Assembly: GCA_963709585.1 (NCBI GenBank)
Contig: CAVPXI010000011.1
Span: forward strand, 36,455-100,454
Direction of reading: 5' to 3'
Length of the DNA: 64,000 bases
DNA from: Candidatus Dormiibacterota bacterium
GTDB lineage: Bacteria > Chloroflexota > Dormibacteria > Aeolococcales > Aeolococcaceae
This document shows, one piece after another, positions 51,194 to 61,597 of this stretch (position 1 is the stretch's first letter; each line of letters starts with the position of its first letter). Position numbers and translations under genes: made by a program. Below the pieces are notes generated by a model. That model was given only the letters and a program-made list of their open reading frames with translations. It was not told where the DNA came from and did no database searches.

Positions 51194-52953
51194 CGCGCCG
51201 GCCGCCGAAAGGCGCGTCGAAGCATGGCGTCGTCGAGGACGAGGACCGACGGCCGGCCGTGCGGGCAGGTCGTTCCCCCGGGGGTCGCGACCAGCTGATC
51301 GAGGAGTTGCTGCTGGGCGACCACGTCGAGCCGGTCACCGAAGCGGACTGCGGCGTGGCAGGCGACCAGCGCGGCGAGGCGGTGGCGGCGCTCCTCCGCC
51401 GCGGAGTCACGGTCGTCGAGGCGATCGATGATCGCCTCGACCAGAAGCTCCGGGTCCGTCCCCGCGGCGGTCATCGGCACCGCCGTGCAGCGAACCGCGC
51501 CCGGGCCGAACTGCTCGATGGTGAAACCGCATCGCGAGAAAAAGTCATGTTCGTCTGCAACTTGGGACGCGCGGTCGGGTGTGCACTCCACCACCACCGG
51601 GATCAGGAGCAGTTGCGAGGCCGAGGCTTCGCGATCGTCCTCGCGCCAACCCGCGAGGAGCTCGGTGTAGAGCACCTTCTCGTGGGCGGCGTGAGGGTCC
51701 ACCAGGACCACCGTGTCGCCGGCGGCGGCGACCAGAAACCCCGTACCCGCCTGACCGAGGGCGCTCATCGCCATCAGCGTCGGAGGTGCACCCGTGGTGA
51801 GCGGTACTCCGTCCACCGACGTGGCATCACGCGCGGTCTGCACGCCGGGGTGCACCGGCACGTGCGCTTGGTAGCGTCCGGCGACAGTCATGTCGCCGTC
51901 GCGGATCTCGAGCGCACCGTTCGCGAATTCAAATGGGGCGTGGCCGTCGGCGCCGAGCGCCGGCGCCGAGCGCAACGCTGCCCAGCATGCGCGTTGCACG
52001 GCGCCGAAGACCGCGCGCTCGTCGCTGAATCGCACCTCACGTTTGGCCGGATGCACGTTGACGTCGAGGGTTTCCCCGGGGACCTCCACGGTGACGACGC
52101 CGTAGCCGTGACGTCCGCCGGGAATCAGCCCCCGGTACGACTCGTCCACGGCCGCGAGCAGCGCGCGGTTGTGCACCAGGCGGTGGTTCACGATCAGCAC
52201 GAGTCCGGTGCGGGATGCGCGGTGCGCGTGCGGCGAGGAGATTGCGCCGCCGATGGCGATCGATCCGGGTGCGTCGAGGTCGAGCAGATCGCGCTCGGCG
52301 CGCGCGCCGATGACCGCTCGAATCGCGTCGCGCAGCGTCCCTCCGGCGGTCCGCAGCACCACGCGCGAGTCATTGGTGCACGTGAAGGAGACGTCCGGAT
52401 GGGTGATCGCGAGGTCGGCGGCAACGCGCACCGCGGCGCTGCCCTCGGCCGCGACCGAACGGAGGAATCGCAGCCGCGCCGGCGACGTGGCGAACAGCTC
52501 GCACACCTCCACTCGTGTCCCCGGACTGCTTGCGGCGGCGGCGCGACTCAGGATCTCGCCGTTGCGGACGTGCAGGGTCGCACCCCCGCCCGCGCTCCGG
52601 GCCCGGGTGCTGAGACGCATCTCCGACACCGCGGCGATGCTGGCCAGCGCTTCACCGCGAAAGCCGAGCGTGCGCACCCGCGCGATGTCATCCGCGACGG
52701 CGATCTTCGACGTGGCATGACGCTCGACCGCGAGCTCCAGGTCGTCGGCCGCAATGCCCACGCCGTCGTCCGCCACCACGATGCGGACCAAGCCTCCGCC
52801 CTCGATCGCGATGTCGATCCTGCTCGCGCCCGCGTCGAGCGCATTCTCCACCAGCTCCTTCAGCACCGACGCGGGCCGTTCCACGACCTCACCCGCGGCG
52901 ATGGCGTCGGCGACGACCTGCGAGAGCTTTCGGATCGGAGCGGCGGCAATCAC
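51190..52953 (-). CDS. mutL: DNA mismatch repair protein MutL
   Basis: IAAGEVVERPAS, KELVENALDA, HATSKI, GFRGEAL, DVNVHPAK, DPHAAHEK, ACH and CPHGRP. Confidence 0.95.
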   Translation of the reverse strand: MIAAAPIRKLSQVVADAIAAGEVVERPASVLKELVENALDAGASRIDIAIEGGGLVRIVVADDGVGIAADDLELAVERHATSKIAVADDIARVRTLGFRGEALASIAAVSEMRLSTRARSAGGGATLHVRNGEILSRAAAASSPGTRVEVCELFATSPARLRFLRSVAAEGSAAVRVAADLAITHPDVSFTCTNDSRVVLRTAGGTLRDAIRAVIGARAERDLLDLDAPGSIAIGGAISSPHAHRASRTGLVLIVNHRLVHNRALLAAVDESYRGLIPGGRHGYGVVTVEVPGETLDVNVHPAKREVRFSDERAVFGAVQRACWAALRSAPALGADGHAPFEFANGALEIRDGDMTVAGRYQAHVPVHPGVQTARDATSVDGVPLTTGAPPTLMAMSALGQAGTGFLVAAAGDTVVLVDPHAAHEKVLYTELLAGWREDDREASASQLLLIPVVVECTPDRASQVADEHDFFSRCGFTIEQFGPGAVRCTAVPMTAAGTDPELLVEAIIDRLDDRDSAAEERRHRLAALVACHAAVRFGDRLDVVAQQQLLDQLVATPGGTTCPHGRPSVLVLDDAMLRRAFRRPAR

Positions 52954-55558
52954 ATCGACGCCCGTTCACGAAGCTCGACGAGCTTGTTCAGCGCGGCGAT
53001 CGGCGTCATCCCGTCGAGTTCGAGTGACGCGAGCTCGCTCATCACGGGGTGGGGTTCGGGATCGCCGATCGAGAGCGTCAGCTGGTCGGAGCCGTGCTCG
53101 CCGCTCCCGCCCAGCGGCCGGTCGCGCTCCTGGGCGGCGAGCAGCTGCCGGGCGCGTACCAGGACGCCACCGGGGATGCCCGCGAGCTTGGCCACATGGA
53201 CGCCGTACGAGCGGTCGGCGCCGCCCGGAACGATGCGGTGCAGGAACGTGATGTCGGCGCCGTCCTCGACCACCTCGACGCGTGCGTTGCGCACCCTGGG
53301 CAGGTGGGTTGCGAGCACGGTCAGCTCGTGAAAATGCGTCGCGAACAGCGTGCGACAGTTCAGCTGGGGGGCATCGTGCAGGTACTCGACCACGGCCTGC
53401 GCGATGCTCACGCCGTCGTACGTCGAGGTGCCACGACCGATCTCGTCGAGGATCACCAGGCTGCGCCCGGTTGCCTGCCGCAGGATCGCGGCAGTTTCTG
53501 CCATCTCCACCATAAACGTGGAGAGGCCGCCGCTGAGGTCGTCGTGTGCGCCGATCCTCGTGAAGATGCGATCGCACACCCCGATGGTCGCCTCCTCCGC
53601 CGGCACGTACGATCCGATCTGAGCGAGCAGCACGATGCTCGCGGTCTGGCGGAGGTAGGTGGACTTGCCGGCCATGTTTGGGCCGGTGAGGACGACGATG
53701 CGCGCCTCGCCGTCGAGGTGCACGTCATTGGGGACGAACCTGCCCGGACCGAGGGTGCGCTCCACCAGCGGGTGGCGGCCACCGGTGATCCGCAGACTCG
53801 ACGAGGCATCGACGCTGGGGCGCACCCAGTGCTCCTCCTCGGCGACGGTGGCCAGCGCTTGGGCCACATCCAGGGTCGCGACCGCGGCGGCGGCGTCGAC
53901 CAGGGCGCGGGCGTCGATCGCAACCCGCGCGGCAGCGCCGGCGAGCAACTCCAGCTCGCGCGCGACCGCGCGTTCACGAGCATGGAGCACGATCGCTTCG
54001 TGTTCCTTGAGGTCGGGGGTCACGAAACGCTCGGCGCCGGCCAGGGTCTGCTTGCGCGCGTAGTCGTCCGGAACCCGGTCACGGTGCGCATTCGGGACCT
54101 CGATGAAATACCCGAAGACCCGGTTGTAGCCGACCCGGAGGGATCGGATCCCGGTGCGCTCGCGCTCGCTCGCCTCGAGGGCGGTCAGGTAGGATCGGGC
54201 GCTGCTCCCGGCCGCGCGAAGGCCGTCCAGGTCCGCATCCGCCCCCGCGCGGAGGCGCCCCCGTCGCCTGCGCTCGCCGGAAGGTCGTCGCAGAGCAGCG
54301 CATCGAGCGTCTCGCGCAATCCATTGGGCGCGCGGCAACGCTCGGCGGCGTCCGCGACCTCAGCCTGGGCGGCGATTGCCCGAGCCGCGCCGCCAGTGGT
54401 CTCGAGCGCGGCGCACGCGTCGCGGACAGCGCCGAGGTCACGGGGTGTTGCCATCTGCTGGACGCAGCGCGCCACCAATCGCTCGAGGTCGCGCATCCCG
54501 CCCAGCGCCTCACGAAGACGCCGCCGCCCGTCGCGGTCGCCGAGCAGGGCGTCGATGGAGTTGAGGCGCCTGATGATCTGCTCCACGTCTGTGAGCGGAT
54601 CCTGGAGACGGGCGCGCAGCAGGCGCACGCCCATCGGCGTCCGGGTGGCGTCGAGGAGTTGCAGCAGCGAGCTGCCGCGTTCCCCCAGGCGCGTGAACAG
54701 TTCGAGGTTGGCGCGGGTGTGCGCGTCGAGACGCATGGCCCCGTCCGGCGTGCGGATCGCGATGCGCAGCAGGTTCTGGCTGATGACGATATGCGCCCGC
54801 TCGCAGTACGCGAGGACAGCACCCGCGGCGCGCAGCGACAGCGGGACCGCGGTCACGCCCAGGCCGTCGAGCGACAGCGCACCCGTGGCGCGACGGACGC
54901 GCTCCTCGGCGCGGGTCGTGTCGAAGACCGCGGCGGCAAGCGTGGTCACGGGCGCGAGGGCGGTGAGCGCCGCGGGGATCGGTGTGCCCTCCTCAACGAG
55001 CAGCTCACTCGCGTCGAGCCGCGACAGCTCGTCGGCCATGGTGGAGCTGCTCAGGTCGCCCTCAACCTCGAACAGCTCGAGGTGCTGGGTGTTGGGGTCG
55101 AACGCCGCGATGCCGACCCGGCCGTGGGACGCGAAGAGGGCAACGCAGCGCGACACCGCTGCAGGGTCGAGCAACTCCGCCTCGACGACCATGCCGGGGC
55201 TCAACACGCGAATCACCTCACGCCGGACGAGACGTCCCGCGGTGACCTCGCCCACCTGGTCCCAGATCGCGACCCGCCGTCCGGCGTCGAGCAGCTTGCG
55301 AATGTGCTGCACGACCGCCTGGTGGGGCACCCCACACATCGGCAACCGACCGGCGGCCCCGAACCCCCGACCGGTCAGTTGCACTCCGAGAATCGGCGCG
55401 GCGATCTCCGCGTCCTCGCCGAACATCTCGAAGAAGTCGCCGAGCCGGGCGAGGACGATTGCATCGCGGTGTTCGGCCTTGATCGCTCGGTACTCGCGGA
55501 GGATCGGCGTGTCCCCCGCCGTCTCGAGATCGAGCGTTGTGCGAGGCGCCTCAGGCAT
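52950..55558 (-). CDS. mutS: DNA mismatch repair protein MutS; apparent frameshift near 54,256
   Basis: TP.LREY...RLGDFFEMF (ORF 54185..55846) and GGRHP, GPNMAGKST, STFMVEM, DEIGRG, ATHFHEL (ORF 52950..54338). One added C restores GDGGALRAGADADLD. Confidence 0.93.
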
Positions 55559-55599
55559 CGCTGCGGTGAGGTGGGGAGCTCGAACTTTCGAGCTCGTTC

Positions 55600-55826
55600 T
55601 CACGCCGCCGTGCCGACCGGCTGCACGTGCAACTGCCATGCGTTCGCCGCGACCACCCGCGCGGTACGCAATTCGCCCGGTCCGGCGGCGCCCGCTGGAA
55701 GCCAGGCGACCTTGTTCTCTCGAGTCCGGCCGTACGACCTGCCGTCTTCGGCGATGGCGTCGACGAGTATCTCGACTGTCGAGCCGACCAGCAGCGCGTT
55801 GCGATCCGCCGCGATCTCCCGTTGCA
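55600..55826 (-). CDS. miaB: 3' fragment (TRAM domain) of the tRNA methylthiotransferase MiaB, truncated at the junction
   Basis: QREI...N..LVG..VEILVD...GRTRENKV...PGE...ARV..A.AW.L, in the usual position upstream of mutS. Confidence 0.8.
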
Positions 55827-56034
55827 TGTACATCAAAGATTATCAAAGCGTTCCCAATGCGGTCAGGAACTTACGTGAGTATTTCACGTTTTACAACGAT
55901 GAACGCTTGCATCAAGCCCTTGACTATCAAACACCCGCACAGGTGTATTTGAAAGGCTAACCACGAGTTTCTCGAACAGTTGAGTTTTGTCTTATTTTTG
56001 CCCAAAAACTGTCTTGACTTTTGGTACCACCATA
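55827..56034 (+). mobile_element. Right end of an IS3-family insertion sequence (transposase C-terminus plus putative right terminal repeat)
   Basis: YIKDYQSV...LREYFTFYNDERLHQALDYQTPAQVY* (stop 55,960). CTGTCTTGACTTTTGGTACCACCATA at 56,009-56,034 resembles IS3-family ends. Confidence 0.8.
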
Positions 56035-56228
56035 TTCCTCTCTCCTAAAATAATAAAGACTGGTTGATCATCAATTTTTGTAAAACATGCTTATTTCTGT
56101 GAGACATAAAGCAATCATGTTTCATTTAAAAGTAGCTATATTCTAACACCGCAGTGATAAGTTTGCAATAAATGCAAGTCATTATTTCAAATACTTATAA
56201 ACGGCTTTTCTTTTTACTCCTTGATAAT

Positions 56229-56954
56229 TCACAGAACCAGATGGGGTAGTGGATTGATACCGTCCCATGCTCCCCAGGAAGCAATGGGGCGAAAGCGAGC
56301 AAAAAGCTCCTCGCGATACCAGCTTTCGCGACGGGTACGTTTGATAACCTCGACATGGGAAGTAGAGCCATAGGCGAAGGTTGTGACGGCGGGCAAGGTG
56401 TGCCAGAGACTCATGGTCGCCTGGTAAATAAGCGGTGCCTCGCCAACGCCAACTGAGTTTATCAGTTCAGGTTGTTGGAGCAGGTGCGCTGAAACGGCGG
56501 GTACAGCTTTGAGAAAGGCCGATACCTTGGTAGGATGAAGGGTGGCACGGGTTAAAATTACCCATGGGCCGGGGTCAGGCGGATTGGCCGGTACCATTCC
56601 TCTAAAAGGGTCGCGCCCGCCCCATTGACCATGCCAGCGCACAGGGCGCATATGGACGCCCCAAGCTTCATCTGAGCGATGGTGTATACGCCGCATGATG
56701 CTGGATGTCTGTTCAAACTGTTGTAGAGCGGTGTAAGAATCCCAAACGGTGAAAAGCCCGTACCGTTGTAGATCGGCATGTGGGTCAAATACGCGCCCCT
56801 TGCCAACACCCAGCAAGCGGTAGAAGCGCAAACCGGGAGTGAAGGTAAGCGGCAGACGATCTAGCCCCAGGTGGGCCATCGCCTGTAAGCTCGTCTGTTT
56901 CGGATAATGAGCCAGGACGAAGGCTACTATCGGTTCGCTATCTGCCGCTTGCAT
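56229..56954 (-). CDS. Spheroidene monooxygenase CrtA-like protein
   Basis: PGLRFYRLLG.G.G..F, G.WGG..PF, ILTRA, G.GEAP...QAT.SLW, FAY...H..VI and WY.EELFARF. Confidence 0.8.
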   Translation of the reverse strand: MQAADSEPIVAFVLAHYPKQTSLQAMAHLGLDRLPLTFTPGLRFYRLLGVGKGRVFDPHADLQRYGLFTVWDSYTALQQFEQTSSIMRRIHHRSDEAWGVHMRPVRWHGQWGGRDPFRGMVPANPPDPGPWVILTRATLHPTKVSAFLKAVPAVSAHLLQQPELINSVGVGEAPLIYQATMSLWHTLPAVTTFAYGSTSHVEVIKRTRRESWYREELFARFRPIASWGAWDGINPLPHLVL

Positions 56955-56972
56955 GTTCTTCCATTAGAGTTG

Positions 56973-57971
56973 CTAGAGATTTGTGCCACCATGTTGAGGA
57001 TTCATTAACGCCAACACATCAGTTTCATCCTGACTTTGCGGTTTATAGCCGTCAGGGGCCTGGTCATCAATCTGCCAGACCCACCCCTTACGTATTATAT
57101 ATCTCCAGTCCAGGTTAGCGGAGTTGTTGATATCGGCGGGCGTTGTTGTTTTGAGCAAATCCAACACGGCATCGGGTACAGGGGCTGCAATATCCAGCTT
57201 GCCCGTTTGTGCCTGTTGCACGTAGTTCGCGACAATACCGTCTGGGTCGGGATGGTATATAACGCGGTGGAGATTACTGAGATTACTCATCGCGCTATCA
57301 TGGTAGGCAGGGGTCGCAAGATCATTGATGATACGCACACGTAGGGCGGCAAAGAAGCTGTACTGCACCAATCCACTACAAATGAAACGAAGGACTGACT
57401 CGTCCTGCTGCTTAAAGTAATTGGCAATATCGCCAGCCAGTTTCGAGATCACGGGGATGTTGTAACGTTTAGTGACGCGCTCAATATATAGCGCGGTCAA
57501 TTCATCTACTGTATTGTGATTGTACAACTGGTTGATCTGATCCAATGCCAGGCCACGTATATGGCGTAGATAACCTATGCCTTTCACATCCTCTGGATCA
57601 TCCGCAGATCTTTTGGCGATATCGCGTGCCGTCTCGGCGTACCAGTCTACATTGAGGCGTCGAATACCAACGGTAAACTGCTCAGGTGGTATGACTTCAT
57701 CACGCCAACTAGCGACGCGCACACCTGTCGTCATTGCCTCTACCAGGAAGGTATTGTCGAAGCCTTGTGGTGGATCATTGAGCAGGTAGAGCAATGCTGA
57801 ATGGCTCCAGGTACTGTTAGTGGCAAAGCGAATGAGGCTGCTGAAAATCTCTTTGGGATTCAGATTGGCACGCAAAACTACATCTGAAACACGTAAATGA
57901 GGCCCCTCATCGCTTTGCTGTAGAAAATAGGCTATTGGGTCATTGGAAAGATGAATTGCACGATAGGCCAT
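56973..57971 (-). CDS. Circularly permuted papain-like (YiiX/YaeF-type NlpC/P60) enzyme, paralogue A
   Basis: D.VL, LIRFATNSTWSHSALL (His), LVEAM..GV, Y, FICSGLV (Cys) and TTPADI. Confidence 0.75.
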   Translation of the reverse strand: MAYRAIHLSNDPIAYFLQQSDEGPHLRVSDVVLRANLNPKEIFSSLIRFATNSTWSHSALLYLLNDPPQGFDNTFLVEAMTTGVRVASWRDEVIPPEQFTVGIRRLNVDWYAETARDIAKRSADDPEDVKGIGYLRHIRGLALDQINQLYNHNTVDELTALYIERVTKRYNIPVISKLAGDIANYFKQQDESVLRFICSGLVQYSFFAALRVRIINDLATPAYHDSAMSNLSNLHRVIYHPDPDGIVANYVQQAQTGKLDIAAPVPDAVLDLLKTTTPADINNSANLDWRYIIRKGWVWQIDDQAPDGYKPQSQDETDVLALMNPQHGGTNL

Positions 57972-58058
57972 GGTCCACATCCTTTCGCTCTAAAGCAACA
58001 AATACCACAACAGTATCCACTACTCGTCTATAATTTGCAAGTAGGAAAAGGTGCTATT

Positions 58059-58186
58059 CAGGATTTCTCACAAGTCTTTTTGCCGCCTTCGGCGGCAGAG
58101 GGGAGGGGGAATGCGAGGGCACCTCGCGCTCCGGCAAAGGGCTGCCGCCCTCTGCACTCCTGCTTGGGACAAGTGAGGAAGCCCTG
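58059..58186. repeat. Structured intergenic repeat (MITE/REP-like)
   Basis: Imperfect terminal inverted repeats CAGGATTTCTCAC...GTGAGGAAGCCCTG. Internal GCCGCC-TTC-GGCGGC hairpin and AAGGGCTGCCGCCCTCTGCACTCC motif shared with the elements at 59.4-59.7 kb. Confidence 0.75.
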
Positions 58187-58213
58187 CTTGCTAGTCGCTG
58201 AGGTGAGACAGGG

Positions 58214-59236
58214 CTAGTTATGTTCAGGTTGCACCATCTCCAGGACAATCAACTCGTCTTTGCTTTCGGGCTCATACCCTGCGGGAGCTTCTTCAACTTT
58301 CCAGACAACGCCCTCGCGTATAACATAGTGCCAGGACAGGTTGTCGCTATTATTGAAGTCAGCAGGAGTAGCGGTTTTGAGCAGGTCGATAACATCTTCT
58401 GGTACATTGTCAGCAATATTCAGTTTGCCGGATTTGATATCTTTTAGATACGTGTCGATGACGCCATCGGGGTCCTCGCGGAAGATGACACGGTGCAGGT
58501 TGTTCAGATTGCTCAATGCCGCCTCACTGTTTTCGGGAATGGCAAGGTCGTTGATAATACGCATACGTAATGCCCAGAAAAAGCTGTATTGTACGAGGCC
58601 ACTACAGACGAAATGAGCGATATTTGTTTTAGAACTGGAGGACTCGTCCCATTTCTTAAAGAGGTTGCCGACCGCATCAGCAGCTTCCGCTACCTGGGGA
58701 ACGGCGGAAATATGCCGACGAGACACGCGCTCAATATACAATGATGCGAGCTCAAACACCGTTTTGTGGTCGAATAAGCCATTAAACTGATCCATCGCGA
58801 TGCCGCGCACATGGCGTAAATAGTCAATGCCATAGGTGTCTTCTGGATCACGCGGATCATGTTTAGAAGCCTCATACGGTGTTTCGGTATACCAATCCAG
58901 GATTGGTCGTTTAATGCCAACGGTAAACTTGTGAAAAGGCACCACTTCGTTACGCCAACTGGTGATATGGATGCCCTTGGTTAGTGCCTCAATCAAAAAG
59001 GTGTTATCATAGCCTTTCGCGGGGTCACTAATCAGATAGAGGAGGGCGGAATGGCTCCATTTACTATTCGTAGCGAGCCGAATGAGATGAGCAAAGACTT
59101 CTTTTGGGCTTTTGTTTTCGCGTAGCACGATATCGGAAACACGTAGGTGGGATGTTTTGTCTTTATTATTGAGAAAGTAGTCAAGTGGGTCCTGGGAAAC
59201 ACAGGTGGCACGATAAGCCATAATAGGAAAAGCCAT
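58214..59236 (-). CDS. Circularly permuted papain-like (YiiX/YaeF-type NlpC/P60) enzyme, paralogue B
   Basis: LIRLATNSKWSHSALL, LIEAL..GI, FVCSGLV and ATPADF. Colinear with paralogue A; AAGGAG RBS. Confidence 0.75.
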   Translation of the reverse strand: MAFPIMAYRATCVSQDPLDYFLNNKDKTSHLRVSDIVLRENKSPKEVFAHLIRLATNSKWSHSALLYLISDPAKGYDNTFLIEALTKGIHITSWRNEVVPFHKFTVGIKRPILDWYTETPYEASKHDPRDPEDTYGIDYLRHVRGIAMDQFNGLFDHKTVFELASLYIERVSRRHISAVPQVAEAADAVGNLFKKWDESSSSKTNIAHFVCSGLVQYSFFWALRMRIINDLAIPENSEAALSNLNNLHRVIFREDPDGVIDTYLKDIKSGKLNIADNVPEDVIDLLKTATPADFNNSDNLSWHYVIREGVVWKVEEAPAGYEPESKDELIVLEMVQPEHN

Positions 59237-59382
59237 ACTAGATACTCCTTAAAAAACGGAAATCGCAATTTCACTTTGGATTATGCATCTTTTAAGTTCA
59301 GCAATGCAAGCTGAGCTACTGTTCAATGTTGATAAGGAGCGTCAGTGCATGTTAGTATTTCATATGAAATTTGACGGCTCAT

Positions 59383-59704
59383 TAATGCTCTGTTGATCTT
59401 CATTTGAATACGCGCCGCCTTCGGCGGCGGGAAAGGGTAGGAAATTTAGGGCACAGCCCTAGAACCCAGTCAAGGGGCGGCAGCCCCTTGCATCCCCGCT
59501 TGTCACTTGAAGGAAAACAGAGTACTAATGCTCTGTCCACACTCATGTAACATGCTGCCTACAGCGGCGGGAAAGAGAGGGAGAGCTGGGGCACAGCCTC
59601 ATTCCCTGCCCACACCCTGTCCGGGGGACAGGGTGCAGTCAAGGGGCGGTAGCCCCTTGCATCCCTGCTCTAGCTTTTTCACTCGAAAGGTGATCAGAGT
59701 ACTA
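59383..59704. repeat. Two tandem MITE-like elements (59,383-59,527 and 59,526-59,704) sharing a TA
   Basis: Each runs TAATGCTCTG...CAGAGTACTA and contains GCGGCGGGAAAG, GGGCACAGCC and CAGTCAAGGGGCGGYAGCCCCTTGCATCCC. Confidence 0.8.
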
Positions 59705-59816
59705 GCAAAATCCAACCAAACGCTTTAAAATGTATAGCAGGGAGAATGGTGTAAACCTGCTATGTGCATATGTATTGTCGCATGTGGTTAGCTTTTATTG
59801 GAAATATTGTAGTTTT

Positions 59817-61251
59817 ATGTCAACATATAATATGTATGATGCTATCGTCATTGGTGCAGGGCCGAATGGGCTGGCTGCAGCTATCACCATGGCTCGTGCA
59901 GGATATTCAGTATGTGTCTATGAGGCAAGGGATACTGTAGGGGGCGGTTGCCGTTCAAAAGAACTGACGTTGCCAGGTTTCGTGCATGATGTGTGCTCGG
60001 CTATTCATCCCCTGGGTGTCGCTTCACCTTTTATGCGCAGCGTTCCCCTGGAACAATACGGCGTCGAATGGATATACCCACCGTCCGAGGTCGCGCATCC
60101 GCTTGGATGATGGAACGGCAATGGTGCTGGAACGTTCGATTGCCGAGACCATCGCTACGCTGGGTGGTGATGCTGCGAGGTATCAACGGTTGATGGCACC
60201 TCTGTTGGCACATTGGCCGGAGATTGTTGATGCATTTCTTGGCCCTCTACGGCCTGGCTCCATAGTAAAGCATCCTTTTATGCTGGCAGGTTTCGGGCTA
60301 GAGGCTATTCGTTCGGCCAGTGGGTTCGCGCAAACGCATTTTGAAGGTGAGCGTACACGTGCGCTTTTCGCGGGACTTGGAGCCCATTCGATGCTCCCAT
60401 TAGAGCAATCGCCCAGTGCTGCTTTTGGATTAACTTTGGGTATTTCTGGTCATGCTGTTGGTTGGCCTTTTCCCCGTAGTGGTGCACAAAAAATCAGCGA
60501 TGCGCTGGCCAGTTACCTGCAATCATTGGGTGGTGAGATCGTAACAGGCGTCGAAATCACCTCTTTTGCTGATCTGCCATCCGCACACGTCTATTTCTTT
60601 GATGTAACTCCGCGCCAACTCTTACGGATTGCTGGCTCACAATTGCCGGGCAGCTATCGATGGCAGTTGGAACGTTACCGTTATGGCCCGGGTGTGTTCA
60701 AGATCGATTATGCGCTCAATGGCCCCATTCCCTGGAAAGCACACGAATGCACGCGTGCAGCGACAGTCCATGTAGGTGGCACTCTGCCGGAGATCGCTAC
60801 CTCTGAATATGCGATGTCTCACGGTCAACATGCGGAAAAACCATTTCTCCTGGTCGCACAACCTAGCCTTTTCGACCCAACCAGAGCACCTGCTGGAAGA
60901 CACACCGCCTGGGTATATTGCCATGTTCCCAACGGCTCAACCTTTGATATGACAGGGCGTATCGAAGCACAAATCGAACGCTTTGCCCCCGGCTTCCGCG
61001 ATCTCATCCTGGCAAAACACGTCATGTCACCGGCGGCACTTGAACAGTACAATGCCAATTATATTGGCGGCGATATCAATGGCGGCATACAGGACATTTG
61101 GCAGCTTTTTACTCGTCCCACGCTGCGCCTATCGCCCTATACAACTCCTAATAAGCACATCTATCTCTGCTCCTCGTCTACACCGCCAGGAGGTGGTGTG
61201 CATGGTCTCTGTGGCTTCTTTGCCGCTCAGGCTGCCTTACAACGGATGTGA
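59817..61251 (+). CDS. Phytoene dehydrogenase-like FAD-dependent oxidoreductase; apparent frameshift near 60,103
   Basis: [32 protein letters not shown] and C-terminal [18 protein letters not shown]. Removing one base restores AHPLDDG. Confidence 0.88.
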
Positions 61252-61597
61252 GCAACCGGAACATTCTCCTGTCATAACGATGGCATCAAACTGATCTGTA
61301 TTCCAGGATAAGGAGTGTTGCCAGTAGGTAAGACTGATCTGTAACCCACCACGTATGTCTCTACGAGAGTACACACCTGCACATTATCAGGCTTTGTATG
61401 CTGTTATACGTTTGTATTGGCCCGTTAAGTTCTACCTTTGTTTCATTCTGTGGATTAGAAACTTCTACATACTTCTTCTTGCTCAAAAAGCTTTTTGCAT
61501 GACCAATGTTCTGCAATTGTTCAAAAACGGAAGGATTATTATGTTACACGACGCATTTCGTGAGCTATTCACTTTGACAAAAAACCTGTCAACGGCA

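Noticed and set aside
52950-55558. mutS as a true pseudogene or programmed frameshift
   Set aside because: It has a single indel with no slippery site and both halves intact, and the same pattern appears in eight other genes, so sequencing error is more parsimonious.
1-55826. Assignment of the high-GC part to Actinomycetia
   Set aside because: It carries mutS and mutL, which most Actinomycetia lack. The taxonomy remains an inference.
55825-55832. CATG/TGTACA restriction sites at the junction as the cause of the chimera
   Set aside because: Short sites occur often by chance, and there is no information on library preparation.
53049-55952. 967-aa plus-strand ORF, and other long overlapping ORFs such as 51259..53331, 22578..24404 and 28692..30305
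   Set aside because: These are antisense or off-frame shadows of real genes in high-GC DNA. They are Arg/Ala/Pro-rich with no motifs.
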